A DNA stretch of 64,000 bases from contig NC_092675.1 in NCBI RefSeq assembly GCF_964355755.1, positions 4,025,812 through 4,089,811 of the forward strand, read 5' to 3'. The DNA comes from Antedon mediterranea (taxonomy: Eukaryota; Animalia; Echinodermata). Within the stretch, counting starts at the first letter, position 1. Each line of letters begins with the position of its first letter. Position numbers and translations under genes: made by a program. Below, in pieces: positions 1 through 15,034 of the stretch. The notes beneath the pieces were generated by a model, which saw only the letters and a program-made list of their open reading frames with translations, ran no database searches and had not been told where the DNA came from.

Positions 1-15
1 TCTCCTTTTGTTTAA

Positions 16-177
16 TGCCTTGTCTACCCTATCAAACTTTATGTGACAAAAAAATGTGATGTGCCCATATATGGACATAATGATGTCATATCACTACCAT
101 ATTTGTGCATATCACTACCATATTTAGACACATCACACTGTTGTTGTCAAACTAGTTTGATAGTGGAAGACAGAGCT
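16..177. mobile_element. Harbinger/Tourist-like MITE family A
   Basis: TIR consensus AGCTCTGTCTACACTATCAAACT, TAA on both flanks, internal CACTACCATATTTG repeats. Confidence 0.8.
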
Positions 178-519
178 TAAAATCCCAATGAGAAAGCACT
201 AATTTAAAGATGAAAAACATACATATACAATATAAGTATGTTAATTACAGAGACATAACATCCCTTACATCTCCTTTTCTGATTGATGAAAGCTACTAAA
301 CTAATTAAACAATTTATGAAGTATTAATTACCAAGTGATATGTGATATACATCGATTTATAACTCAACATGTACTGTAACAATATTCCTAAAGAAGACTT
401 CTGTCACAATAATGAGATATTATAAAGTAATTCTTTATTGTTGCCTCATTAAAAAAGAAAACTATCAAAATGAATAAGACTAAAAGTTAAAGAAATGATA
501 AGATTGAGACTGAACATTG

Positions 520-900
520 AGAGGGACTTCAAGTTAATGGAGCTTAAGAAAAGAAACCAGTGGGATCCCATCCAATCCAATCCTTTGAATTTGAACATGG
601 TTAGAGAATCCATTTTAAAGGGAGTTGACTTCAAGTTAATGGAGCTTAAGAAAAGAAACCAGTGGGATCCCATCCAATCCAATCCTTTGAATTTGAACAT
701 GGTTAGAGAATCCGTTTTAAAGGGAGTTGACTTCAAGTTAATTGAGCTTAAGAAAAGAAACCAGTGGGATCCCATCCAATCCAATCCTTTGAATTTGAAC
801 ATGGTTAGAGAATCCGTTTTAAAGGGAGTTGACTTCAAGTTAATGGAGCTTAAGAAAAGAAACCATTGGGATCCCATCCAATCCAATCGAGTCCTTTAAA
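520..900. repeat. 102-bp tandem repeat, ~3.7 copies
   Basis: Unit GACTTCAAGTTAATGGAGCTTAAGAAAAGAAACCAGTGGGATCCC..., near identical; produces the 34-aa periodic ORFs on both strands. Confidence 0.95.
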
Positions 901-1266
901 TCTGGACAGGGTCAGAGGATCCGTGTTGAGATGAAACACATGGTAAAACATGATGCAAGATATAAATGGGCAACACAATAAAATCAAATAAAGAATGAAT
1001 GTAAATATTTTGTAAATAATATGTTGTTGAATTTGAACAATAATATTTTCTTAAATTAAGTTTACAGTAGCTATGTTAATTAAAGCTGAAGACTTTTTTT
1101 TTTGGAGAGATAACTAACTACAGCAAATAAGAACAGAACTTCTACTAGACAAGATATATATATAACAATCTGATATAACATGTGCATATTGTAAATAGAC
1201 ATTTAAATAGAACACCGGGATAATTATGCATTGTTATCGGATAAACTATCATTATCTTTTAATATG

Positions 1267-1690
1267 CACTATAATTCGAATAAGTTAATTTTTAAATAAT
1301 TACAGCCTATTTATTGCCTCCAAATATAGAATAATAGGAGAGGAATTCATTCATAAAGTGTGTTTATATGTTGAGCTTCATTAATTGGGAACTAAATAAT
1401 CTGTTGCATGCAGTAATAAGGCTAAATAACCAGAGAATTTAATCAATATTATAAAGCATATGTATATTTTTATTGCCACTATAATTCGAATAAGTTAATT
1501 TTTAAATAATTACAGCCTATTTATTGCCTCCAAATATAGAATAATAGGAGAGGAATTCATTCATAAAGTGTGTTTATATGTTGAGCTTCATTAATTGGGA
1601 ACTAAATAATCTGTTGCATGCAGTAATAAGGCTAAAATAACCAGAGAATTTAATCAATATTATATAGCATATGTATATTTTTTATTGCCA
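1267..1690. repeat. ~210-bp tandem duplication
   Basis: CACTATAATTCGAATAAG.. starts at 1267 and 1477; copies nearly identical. Confidence 0.95.
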
Positions 1691-4600
1691 ATAATAAATA
1701 CTGCAAGCAAATTAAAAATTAAATACTCAAAAGGCAATGTGGATATTTTATTTATTCTGTACTAATTTGTTTAAAAAAGTGATTTTACATTACAGTTTGT
1801 AAAAATGCTGCAACTAGCTAGACCACCATGTTGATAGTATGGCTAAAAATGTATTCTTAAATATATATCAGTATAAATAATATTCAGTTGTTAGCCTACG
1901 ATTATTCAAAAACATTGATAGGATAAAAAGGTTATCATGTTGAAATACATGTGAATCATGAAAGGATACATACAAATCTAAAATTAATACTATATCAAAA
2001 GAAATAATTTCTGCATTAAAAAGTATGTAGATACGAACATTCGCATCAAACTAGGCTACAAATGTACTCCAATATTTCAATCAAACGTTCAATTAATATA
2101 CTGTAATTTATCTTGTGGTATTTAATATCCAATCAAATTGCACCAAATTGAGCAGATCCAGTCTCATGTATTCGGATAGTTTTATTTTATTTCGAAATGA
2201 TGAGAGTCTTCTTGTTTTATTATGATTCCGTAACATAGAATGTATGTCAAAGTAGTATACTGTAGCGTAGCAGCAGAAACTAGCTTGTAAATGTATGTCT
2301 AATATGGAAGCAGATTCTATGTTCAAACAAAAAATGGAATATTCAAATTCTAAAAAAATTTTTGAAAAAACAACAACAAACAAAATTATTATTTCATAAT
2401 GTATTGTTTATCTTGCTTGTTTCGCCGTTTTGCTTCTGTTGTATTTTTGTGTGTGTTTATTTTTTATTTTGAAGTGTGCACCTTTGCATTATAAGTATCC
2501 CCCGCTTTAAATTCAAATAAATATAAAATAACACTTCACTCATAGAATTGCACTCATAACTATAATAAATACAGGCTTATAAACTATATTCACTAATAAT
2601 CTAATTTAAATTTAAATCACAATTTGAAAAGAGACTCCAATTACTGTTCACAATATTCACGATGAGTTAAAGGTAATTGGTCAGATGTTTCGCAATTGTA
2701 CTGTGAATAAATTTGTACAGACAGGACTGGTGTACCAAACCTAGACCTTTCACTGATGGCTAGAGTTAGTATCAACACAAACATGAAGTAGATAATATGG
2801 TTTTATATATTATTTACTTTAAAAAAACCTGCTTCAAATACTTGTCTAAACTCAATGAAATGTTATTTTATACTGTATACATTTGTGTTTCTGAACGAAA
2901 GATGAGAATAATGCTATAGTGCACACATTACATTATTATTTTTCAATTTTTAGTTTACTTTTTCTTGAAAGTAAAAATATTTTCTTTTGTTCATTTTCCT
3001 TATTTTACAATTGTTTGAAGAAATTAATCTGAACAGGTCAAACACATGCTGAACTACATAATGAATTACAAAACTAATAAATTCTAAAAAATGTTTAAAA
3101 ATGTTTCTTACAAATTGGGCAACCTATGTACAACTAGTTATATTTGTTTTAAATTTTGATTTTTCGTTTCATTATTACTATGTTTAAAAATCTTATTTGA
3201 CCTTCATATGCTAAAAAAAAATCAGGTTACTAAATTAAAAGTGTTAGAAGATAATATTTTCTAACAGTGTACATGATGCCAATAGCAAAAATAATCATAA
3301 CAAAGTGGTTTATTGATAATGGTGTTCTAGAAAAATAACAACATAGAAATACAATTGAAAGTATTTTTAGTCTTTGCTAAAAATATGGAAATCTGCCTGG
3401 ATAGTTCAGTCTGTCCATCTAGGATGTCTAAAATCCAGATTTCTATGTTAATAATTAGCTACTAAATGAGTATGGATACAGTATTCTTTAATTATGTCTT
3501 GTAGTACATGAATGAGAGATGACATAAGCCAACTGAAAAATAGAGATAAATATACAGTAATATGGATATATATTGAATGAGTTTTATTTATTATTATTAT
3601 GGCATTTTTTGGATGAAAATTTATCCTTGCTAGCCCCACACAATTGTTCACTAAAAAAACATAACACAGGATTATTTTTCATAAATAAAATATTGAAAAT
3701 CAAGCGATATTTAACATAACAATAGTTTTCATAAAGTGACTTCTTCTAATAAATATCACCTAAAAGTCCTGACATTTCAGAAAGACCGGGGTAATATTCA
3801 ATCATTTTAATAGTTTACTATTTAAAAATAATGTATGACATTAAAGAATTTCTAATAAAAATTCAAATTATTTCTATTGCGTTATACCCAGTGTGAATTT
3901 TGATCAGCAAAACCTAGAAGAAAATGTATAATATTATTAGGAAAATCACGGTTCTTACTGACATAAAGAACTACAGAGTCTGTTCTTCATCTTTATCATT
4001 ACAAAAAAAATGAAATTTTAAAAAAAATTATGAACTCTCTAAAATATGGTAAACGAATTAAACATTAAAACATTACCCACTTAAATGTAATATATTCTAT
4101 GGATAGCCTACAGTGTTATCAACTCAATTAACCTTAAACCTATATGCAATTAACTGTCACGTTGTACATGATTTGTAAAAATTAGTTACAATACAAACGG
4201 TGACACTTTGCAAGACACTGATTCAGCCATATGTTGATAAGTATAGGCACTCAAATAAAACGACTAGGATCAACATGCTGGTCAAGAGAATCTGTAGGTG
4301 TAAAACAAAGTTGGCAACGATTTTATCTTCAGCCTCGTCTTTCACCGTGTTGTTAAAAATCTGAACTGTCGAGCATCGGAAAACAGGCCAGGTCATATAC
4401 AATTACTAACAAACTAACAGAATAATCACCGGGGGCATAGCATTACTAAATAAGACTGCCAAATCAAACCGAGATACATGAAATAATCAAAATAGAAATT
4501 GTGCACGGAAATTTTACATTTACAATACAAGCATTAATTTGGTAATTATAAGTAAAAGAAAAACAGATATTACATATGGATGAGACAGTTTTATGTGTAT

Positions 4601-4904
4601 ATGTTAATGGCAATGAATATATGTAGTAACAAATAATGTAATATAATAAAGAAAAATATAAAGATATAGAATATGCTTTAAACAAATAGAGAACTTGTAA
4701 ACAAATAATCAATAACACAATACTCAATTTCACCAAAGCATGGTGTTATACGACACCAATAGTTTTGGTAATTTTCACTGTATTTAGTTTTCTTTAATTA
4801 TTATTATAATTCAATTTTAGGCAAATTGCCAAGGATAACCACAAGTGAACTCAATACTGTCCTTCTCTCAAAGGTGGCTCTCCTGTTCACATGACAAACA
4901 TATA

Positions 4905-5060
4905 TACAAGATGCTCTACATAAACAAAGACTTATTACAAGTCTTTGAGAGTTGGGTTGCAAATTGTCATGAGAAAAAATCCTGACATATGACAGGACTT
5001 GAACCCAGGACCCTTAGATTAGTAGGCAAGCATCATAACCACCAAGCCACAACTCCACTC
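4905..5060 (-). mobile_element. Short tRNA-derived SINE
   Basis: Reverse complement has TGGCTTGGTGG (A-box), GATGCTTGCCTAC, GGTTCAAGTCC (B-box); related copies at ~36765-36895 (+) and ~44900-44990 (-). Confidence 0.65.
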
Positions 5061-8000
5061 CGAATTACATTTTGTTAACAAAACCAGTAAAATAGTTATA
5101 GGATATTATGAAAATGTTCTGCTTTTACTCGAAAATTTATTTTCAAATTCATAATTCACAATACAAAATACTCGCATAGATATTTTGCTACTCGGAGACT
5201 GCGGCAATTAACCAACTCATAGAATAATAAATAAAGATGCATAAAACATAAGTTCTGGCTTAATTAGTTTAATTAGTAAATGAACATTCACCCATGTAAA
5301 ACTTCACATAAAAGTCATAAGCAAATATAAGTTATATAGCAATAATTTTCCAATTCTAAGTAAGCACAACAGGGATGCTCAGAGAAAAATAGCCGTTAAC
5401 AGAGAGGGTGCTTGATCAAAGAGGTTGAAAACCTGCCCTCTCCGTTCTCAAAATAGAATTGTGTTCCCAACCCAATTCTTGATTATTTTTCTATTACTTT
5501 ACCATTAAAATATATCTGGCTATCATTTTCATATTACTTATCCATATAAAATATTTTACAGGTGAATTACTAACCAAACCTGGGCATCCTACTTGAATGA
5601 ATGTGAAGTTATTGAATAAAGTCAGCCAAAGATGATAAAATGAATGATTAAAATTTAATGAAAAATTGAATATTTGTTCGCAATCGCAAATGGTAACTAC
5701 ACAACTGGTAACTGACAGACATGATTAAATTGTTGTGTACTGTATTTAAACAGTATTAATTATAAAGTTTCCCTATGGTTAATAGGCTTATTATGCTTGG
5801 TTATATAAGCAAGGCACACCTTAGGTAACCACCAATGTTACAAATGGAATTCATTGTAAATTACATAACAGTAGAATATTAGCAAATGTGTTCAATTGAA
5901 TTTTACAATCATGATGATACTTATATTGATCAGAGACAAAGTAAAATTGTCATTATCGATTTGATTTGTGTAATGGAGCGATGTAATTTAAATTTTACTA
6001 TTTAGGTTATCATCTGCATAAAGGATTTATCTATTTTGAATTATTCATTTTTTTGGGTTAAATGGTCATTACAAAACATACTAATGGGCCATTTGAATGT
6101 TATCTTTCACTTATAATATCTATAAATGCATTTGATATATTTAGTAAAATCTGTCACTAACATTATATGCTTTGTATCTAAGTTCATTCAATGCCATATT
6201 CATAGAAATTTTCTTTGACTTTATGCGGTCTCATAAATAAGGCTTGTTTTAAAGTAATCATTCTTCATCATCTATAATTTTTCATTCACAACTGTAATAT
6301 TATTGAAAGAATTAACTTTGATTTTGGTCATTATGTTTAAGTTTGTTGCCCTTTTAAAATAAGAATCAACTTGATTTATTTAAATTGTACAAAAAAAAAT
6401 GTGTTCTCATGATCAAAACAGTAGCACTATTACCTAAGACAATTGATATATTTTCCACTGAGCATTCATATTTTCCACTGATTTTTTTTACAGCGCTATT
6501 TTGAATAAAAGTGGCTATTGTAATGTAAATCATGTATGTAATATGTTTTGATCTACATGCACAGTGCATCTAACTTGAAGTTTTCTATGGGTGTACCTAC
6601 AGTAGATAGACAAAAAAACGAAAACGCATAATTTGGGTACCTATACAGTAGGCGAGTTAAAATTGGTTGCAAGTCTAGGAGCTTTTATGGGTCAACCACT
6701 GCTGCCAGTAAAAGCAACCTTATCAATTCATAAAGCTCTTAAAACATAAAGCATAAACTGAGTCAATACTTTATACTTTTCTGAGAAGATGAAAAAGAGA
6801 ATTCTGCCATAAAAACATTAGTAAACACATTTCTTGAAGGTCAGTGGTACTAATGAAAGGAACTACTTAGGAACTATTCATTAAGCACATACATGGACAT
6901 TGGGGTTACCTTTGTTAATAATGTACAGCAGATCCTACAAGGTTCTACTATGTCTTAAGCCATATTAGGTTGTATCAAGTCAAAAATCGAGAAAACTCTG
7001 AGTAAAGACAAGATTTGAAGCCAAAATTTGAACCAAAGATAGTAAAAGTGTCAAGCAAATATTTTAACAACAGACCTACTATATGCCACTCGACTACTTT
7101 ACAAAAATGAGACTGTACCACCCCGAGGCCATGTGTTCATTGAGGATTTCAATAACGGACATCCATTACTGGTGCAAATAATAAACACTAAGCCAACAAT
7201 TCAGATATATAAGACAACTGTATAGCCGTTAGCATTCTGTCAATCATTAGCTAGAAATCCGCCTTATTTAGTATTCCGCTAAAATAATTTTAAAGGATTT
7301 AGTTTCTTGATATAATGGTATTTACTGCTAATATGAACTTTAAAATACTAGTTAAGTAAAACTAATTTCCATGTCAAAACTATGACTACAATTTTTACCA
7401 GGATTAGCCTATCAGATATAACTTACAGTATTCTGGCGTTTTCACAAAATGAACATGTGCGGTCTCTGGTAGTCTTTTTTTTTAGAAACTCCATTAAGCT
7501 TACTAATGTTTCTCAAAATATTTAATAGAAACTAGATAAATTTATTTCAACATAATGTAGTCTTTTCTTGAATTTCTGAGGTTAGTACAGTACTGAGTGG
7601 GTTAACCGATTTAGCAGCTAATTTATGACAGAATGCTATATCATCATCCAGATTGTTCTTAGAGAAAGTCACAAGACAAATGTGAAACCACATCAACAGA
7701 TCTGTAAAAACTTCACAAAGTCATCGTTATAGAGGGCCTAATAAAATCAGCTTACCTATTTGAAATATAATAACATACATAATTGAACATAGTTCATTAG
7801 AATTAAAAAAAAACATATTACTGATCTCTATAAAAATGGCAGCATTTGAAAATAATTCAGGAAAGAAGTCATTAAGCTACCAGTTTCATTTGTCAGTAGC
7901 TTATGGAAGTTTGAAATGATTTTTAAAATTAAAAGACAGACATTCTATTTAGTATTTCATTAGAATTGATTTATGATGGAATATTTTTTATTATCTACAA

Positions 8001-11000
8001 TATTAGAGACTACTGTACATCAACCATAGACATTTTGAACATATCGAAATTAAAAAGTAATAATTGAAGATATTGCTACATAAATGAAGGAGATTGCCAT
8101 TCCAGTTTAAATACGGAGAAATTTATATTCAAAATAATTAACTGGAATTCCTAAATGTTAAATTATAACTGACTAGGTTATACAGATTTGTTTGCTATCT
8201 TAGTGCTAAACATACACATTTTCCATAAACTAAAATGTAGGGGGAAAACAGACAGATTTTGGAATAAATCCTCCTGTTAAACACAAATGAAATCAATATT
8301 TCAATATACACAGAAAATGGCTAAAAACAAAATTTCACAATTCCCTAAATCAAATAAAGTAATCTGTACTATCACAATTTGAAAACCGGGACTGCAGGAA
8401 ATAAAAAAAAAATGTTCTAAAAGATATCTAAAAAATAAAAACAAACACTGACTCATGCAGGAGTTGAACCCTGGATTTGTTTGTCAAAATAAATCTCTAC
8501 TATAAATCATAATTTTATAAAACACTGCAGGAATTGATACACAAACTTTTGCCAGATTGTAATTCAAATACTGTGGATAAAAAATAATGAAAAAGAAGTT
8601 AAAAACAAAATAAAAATGGCAGATTTTATGGGAAGATTATGTTGAGGAAGTTTTTATTTTAGAAAGGATTGCTCATGACATTATGAAGTCATTTTTGATA
8701 CAACAGAATCAAATTTGTTGAAAGTATTTATTGCAAACAAATTGACATCATAGACATCGTTTAAACTAAGATCTATATTTCAATGAATCTTAATGATACA
8801 CTAGTTTTGTCCATTTACATTGCATAATGATAGATAACCCGGAAACTCTATACAGTTTTATTATACTGTGAAATTGTATTGATAAATGTATAGGAAAGGG
8901 TAAAACAATCTTAACAACAGGTAGAGTCTTTCCATTAAATTGTGAATGTACCCCAGATTAGTGAGAAATCAATTTCGTATTGAGATATATTGATATTAAT
9001 TCACAATAGAACAGACTTTATATCTCATTTGATAAGAGAGTAGTTATTTTAATGTCTTGTACAGTAAACAATGAGCTATTCTCTTAATCACTCTCTATTC
9101 TATATTGAAATTATATTGAAAATTTTTCCTGTAAATGAAAGAAAAGGAACTGCTCTTTCAGCTTGAGACTAAAGTCTAAGATTCTAAAATTACCAACAGT
9201 TTCTCAGTATTTGCTGGTCGGAACTAGGCTTTCAGCAAGGGCACAAGGGTTTCAGACAGTTTAACAGTATATAATTTGGTATGGTTCCTGCAATATACCT
9301 GTTTACAAGTTCTATGTTAGGCAAGTTACCCATAAAAGATAAAAAAAAATGTTAGGCAAGTTAATTGTCAATCTCTGTCCTTGTAATATGTGCTTTAAAA
9401 CAAATAAATATGGTAAATCTAATTAGTAATGATAAATATGAGTAACTGTACACTTATTAACAAAACACAAACTATGGACTTATAAAATTCAGTGCACATT
9501 TCAAAGTTGCTAAATGTATGACGCAATTAGTATAACTTTAAGAGGGTCATCAGAAAAACTATGTTCATAAAAAAGCTATGTGTGAAATTTCATAGAGCAC
9601 GTTTAGGCTTGAGGAAAATATAAAAGTACTCAATGACTCCTAAAGGGTACTATTTTTACTATAGTGCCTAGGCAAATTATACGCCTATAATTATGGACAT
9701 GTACTGTCCCAAGGCTTACATTTTCAGTATTCAGTACTACTTTAAGTCTAACACTTGAGGTTATCAAAAAAGTTTTTATCAAGTGAGGGCGGCATATAAC
9801 TCTTGATACAGTAGATAAGAATTTGTGTCAAGTTAGATTTTATCAAACTATACTAGTTCTAATAGGAATTTTGAAAAGAACAGAAAAGACTAAACAAGTT
9901 GTTTGGTGTAAAGTTGGAAGAAAGAAGGAACACAAATAAGGTCATGTCAAGTCTGGGTCCGAGTGAAACAATCGTGAAAATAGTTATGAAGGAGTATGAG
10001 AGGTATGGGTCATGTTCTAAGAAAAAATGAAGATGAAAAAGAAAAAAGGGTTTGGCAAGTAGAACTTGGCGGTAGAAGAGTAAGAATATGGTCAATTTAA
10101 CTAGAATTGCCTAGAAGCCTAGATCAACATATGGTAGATATGATAAAGGATGATTATTCAACCTCAATTAATTGATGTTAAATATTGCACCCTAAATATT
10201 TAACATTTAACATTTGATTTCAACTTTGAATAAATTATGCCATGATTGACTAAAGGATTAAATGTGACAGACTACTACTGCCATCATATTGACCATTACA
10301 ATTGTGTCATCATAACTGGTCATCTGATTGATTGAAAGTGACCATTGTCAATATACATAATGACAAAAAAAGAAATTGATCCATATAAAGTTACTTGCTT
10401 CAGCCAATAAGCTTAAGCTTCAAATAGCATGAGAAATGCATATTTATTAAAATTGCTCTGTCCACAACATTTTTGATGGACATTACATTCCACCACATGG
10501 AATGGAAATGCTCAACCCGAAACTGAAATTTAAATAGTAAATCTTGTGATTTTGTCTTAAAATTGTTGTCATTGTTGTTTTGTGAGCAACGATTTACCTA
10601 TGAATTGAATTTTGATGAAACTTTTGCAAACTGAATTGTTATATAGTAGCGCTGTCTGAACATACTATGCCATTTACAAATACCAAACCAACAAAATTTA
10701 GCTAAGAATCGCAAATAAAAATAGTGTTTGTTTTTAAAACTTGAGTGAAAACCCCTGGTGAAAACAATTTTATTTAGAAACATCAAATGCACATATGAAT
10801 TGCCTAAATACCTTATTATCAATTTCTGTTTTGTGTTCTTTTATGATCTCAAACCTGGGGAACATCACTAAAATATTAGAGCTGCAACTGCATAAGTACA
10901 GTACCATGGTCAAAAGAAGCATCACACTATGATAGATTAAGCTTGTTTAGATTAATTAGATTGTGGTAGTCCATAAAGTAATAGATCTGAAAATTATCGT

Positions 11001-12721
11001 AGTTTATAAATAATCTGATACTGTTTCAACAAAATCTAAGTATTATTTAATTTGACGTTTTACTACCTCAACAGGTCACTCTCTCCTTAAGCCAACCTAT
11101 TAATTACATTTAGTGGACTTCACAAATCTGACATTACTTCACGAAACCTGAACACTATTACATCCGACAGTTTGTGTGCGAAGGACCTAAATTATATATG
11201 ATCGTTTGACACTGTTTTGACCACATCTACACTTAATTCATTTGACCACAGCAACTTGTAGTTTTTAGGTGACACGTGAACGAGGGTACGTGACCGTCTT
11301 TCTGATGAGGTCAGTTGATATGAAAAATAATTTGACACTTGCGAAACGTAGTTTGACACTTTCAAAACAGGTTTGACAATTACAGAGCAGTAATAAATAC
11401 AAATAATCTAAATATAAATAAATGTAAAGGTTTTCAACTCGTTAGGAGTTTTCATTAGGTATGGTATATTTCCCTTAGGAACGTTCCATTTATTGTAGGG
11501 GAAATTAATTAAAAACAATAAGTTACCATTCTGCTATACTGTAAATATACTGTTTCGAAAGGTGGATAATTCTGATATCATCTATCAGGAATTATGTTCT
11601 ACCATTATTTTTAATTCAACAATTTTCAACAGTAAATAAAATGATTTTTTGTTTTCAATCAATACAATAAAAAAATTCCTTCATCGCACAAAAAATTTGA
11701 AATATCTTTTTCATAAACTGCCACAACAAATATGCTGAGTACTTACTTTAAATTACAATTTCTCATTGAACGAGTACTTTGTAATGGTACGCATTTATTG
11801 CTCGTATTCTACCCCTCCAGAAAATGACAAACCTATATTACTGATACAGTCAGATACTGACTGATTTATGTAAATTTTTACTGATGGGTCTGGTGACAAA
11901 ATACAAAAATATAACAAATGAAAGGATCATTAAAAATATTAATTAATATATATACAAAATAATGTTTTTAAACGTGTTTAAACATTTTTAATCTGTAATA
12001 CACGGATATGATCGCATACAATTTTTTTAAATTGTATGCAACTCAACTAATAAAACGTTTCAAGTTCGTTGAACTATGAATGAACTACTGGTAATCAAAA
12101 GAAGACATAAAGAATCTTTTTAATATATCCATTAAGGATAACTACAGAAATCACTTCATTAAAGTAAAAAACCAACATGACAGAATAAATAAAAGTCAAA
12201 ATGTCAGGGTCTATGGTTTGATTACTTTCTTGTTCTACCAATCATGTTACAAACGACAAAAGTTAGTAATTATAATAGTAATACATTACAATGTGCGACA
12301 TTCTACAATCAAAACCAACAGAAGCGCATTTGAGCTCAACAATTTATTATAAGAGGCAGTTTCAAATTACGTATCATGATTTAAAGATAAAACAAATTTG
12401 CAAGAGCCTCGGATTATTCTTCGGGGGAGATTGAAGTTAATGCATGTTTATCTTTTCGTATCATTTCTAATCCCACGGTTTTTTTTTCATAGAGTTTAAT
12501 CGTGTTGTTAACCTTCGGAGTAAAACTAAACAAACTCTTTAATCCTTTGTCATGTTAATTCAGCATATTGTAAAGATACCGGTGAATAGCTTATTAAGCA
12601 AACAACTTAATTTTTTTAAGTATAGGGAACAATTGTAACTGTGTAATAAAGACTTGCTCTGGGACAAAATGTTATTAAAATATGTATAAATATTAATTGA
12701 TATAGGTAAAATATATAACTA

Positions 12722-13033
12722 GATGCAATGTGGCACAGTGTGTTGGATGTGCTGGATTACCAATCTTCGAGATCATGGTTCGAATCCAACTCTCGCCACA
12801 TTACTTGAACTCTTAGGGAAGGCACTTTACTTACATTTGCCTCTCCCCACACAGGTGTATTAAATGGGTACTCGGTTAGATCAAGACATAACTTTGCGAT
12901 GATTACTAGGTGCATTATGGGAGTATGTTTCCATACGTGTTTGATCCAAAATACCGCTGTAATAATGCTATAAGCGCCTTTGAACATGATTACTCATGAA
13001 AAAGGCATTATATAAACATGGTATTATTATTAT
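12722..13033 (+). mobile_element. tRNA-derived SINE with CORE-like domain and LINE-like 3' tail
   Basis: A-box TGGCACAGTG, B-box GGTTCGAATCC, core-like AAGGCACTTTAC..CAGGTGTATTAAATGGGTAC, tail AAGCGCCTTTGAACAT..TATATAAA..(TAT)n. Similar tails at ~31426-31500 and ~57313-57370. Confidence 0.8.
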
Positions 13034-14486
13034 ATGAAATCTGTATGACTGGTACAGTATTTTTGACCTCTTTGTAATATTAAAGAACAAATCACTATCA
13101 CTTTGCTTTGTGTGTTTATTTATATCGGTCCTCGTTTTACAGCATTAGACAAAATTACTTGATATTCATAATTTAAATCAATTTCTCAGAAAAGTTTTAT
13201 TTAAAAATGCAAATTGTATGCTTATTTTTATTAAAATATAAGTAACAATACTTACTTCATTAGTTTAACTATTTATTCCTGGGGAGAGTTGGCAATTTAA
13301 ATATTTATAGTTAATTTAGTAACCTTTTCACCTTTGAAGTACATCTGTGTTTGTTACTGTCACTAGAACATATTTTGAAGCATGCTTAAGGCTTTTGAAT
13401 CATAGTAAATGACTTATTGAACAGAGCCCAAAATGGCCTAAGACTCCTCATACTCACTTTAAATTCAAAACACTCAATTTCATCATCTTATAATCGGTAT
13501 TTAAAACTTCCTACTGAGTGACGAAAGGAGTTTGTTTCTGTATCACAAGCGATAGGTTTACGCAGAAACGTATTAGATACCGTCGGCTCCCGACTTGAAT
13601 GTTCCCCGGCGATTAAAACTAAAGACATTAAAACCATTTCTGATGAAAATAAATCTATAGGTAAAGACACTAATGGATAAGATACGGCAAGGCTTATTGT
13701 AACATCCGCTTCACGATAAAACAGACAAAACAAGAACACCTTATATTAATTCAAGAAATGGTACAAGTTTTGAATTTCACCCAGAAATCTTGTTCGTTTA
13801 AGAGTTTTGCATCTTATGACGTAAATTTAAGAAATCTTTACAAGATACTTTACACTGTGCCACGATTTAAGCCTTGATTTCTTGAATACATAATCTAAAG
13901 ATATAACATATTCAAGTTTCACACAATAAAATCAAATTTGTACAAATCAAACAGTAATAAAATTCCTGGTTTGTTGAACGAGGCAGAGTCACTTTACGAC
14001 ATAAAATTTAATATATGAAGATGTATATAAAAGAATTGATAGAAAAAACATTTGATCTTGCTCTCTCCATTTGACTTTCTCTCTCTCTTTTATCGTTTAC
14101 ATTTGACAGTTTTAATTTACACAGAGATGAATATTATACCAAACATTTCTTACCAAGTTGTCTTTTTCTTGTTGTCAATTAGAATATATATGCAAACAAT
14201 ATTCATCCTTTGAGCAAGTAATATCACAATATAATAAGTAATGATTCCCAAAATTGTATTAGACAGTTCTAAATGTTTAGGTATGAAATGACCCCTTTCC
14301 TAAATATCCAGCTGACAACAATAATATTGCAAAGCTTATATTTGCTATACTGTTAAAAATAATCAGTATAGCAAGTTGTATGAATCACATAAAACCATCA
14401 TATATTTACCTATCTTTGTAGTCACCTTAATTTAAACATGATACATGCATCATAGGCCTTGGTAGGAGTTAAAGGAGTTATAATAT

Positions 14487-14772
14487 GATGAAGGAAGGGC
14501 TGTTACTGTGTAGCATACACTCTGCAAAGGCATTAGTAACATTTAAGAGAGTTTACAATAGGATAAAGGAAAGGCGTACACCACTCGCAGAAAATGTGTA
14601 GCATAGACTCTGCACAGGGGCATCATCAACATTTAAGAGAGTTTTAACAATAGGATTAAGGAAGTTGTATAAACCACTTACCTGTAAGTACCAGAAAATG
14701 TGTAGCATACACTCTCCAAAGGCATCAGTAACATTTAAGAGAGTTACAATAGGATGAAGGAAGGGGTGTACA
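14487..14772. repeat. Degenerate ~90-105-bp tandem repeat, 3 copies
   Basis: TGTGTAGCATA(C/G)ACTCT..AACATTTAAGAGAGTT..ACAATAGGAT three times. Confidence 0.85.
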
Positions 14773-15034
14773 CTTTAAAATCTTTCATACAATTTAAACT
14801 TTGAAAGACAATGATAAAAGTCTTTGCAAAAATGTGATCATATAAGCATCGGCATATACATTTAGCTAATGTACTTACCATTCAGTTAATGTACACTTTT
14901 ATCGTTGATTGCTTACGGTAATGTACATTTTTTATATTAGTTTACTAAGTTTATTCAAGTAGAGGCTTTGCAGCTTAAAGAACTAAAAGTTAAGTTTAGA
15001 TCAAAAACAAACTCTTGTTAGAAAAAAGTAAGAA

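Noticed and set aside
449-899. 134/145-aa repetitive ORFs on both strands
   Set aside because: By-product of a stop-free 102-bp tandem repeat; no convincing splice context or domain.
11295-11350. Hammerhead ribozyme (CTGATGA..GAAA)
   Set aside because: No stem I and no credible stems II/III around the core words.
12722-12800. tRNA gene (also 4990-5060, 36770-36830)
   Set aside because: A/B boxes present but no complete cloverleaf; followed by SINE body.
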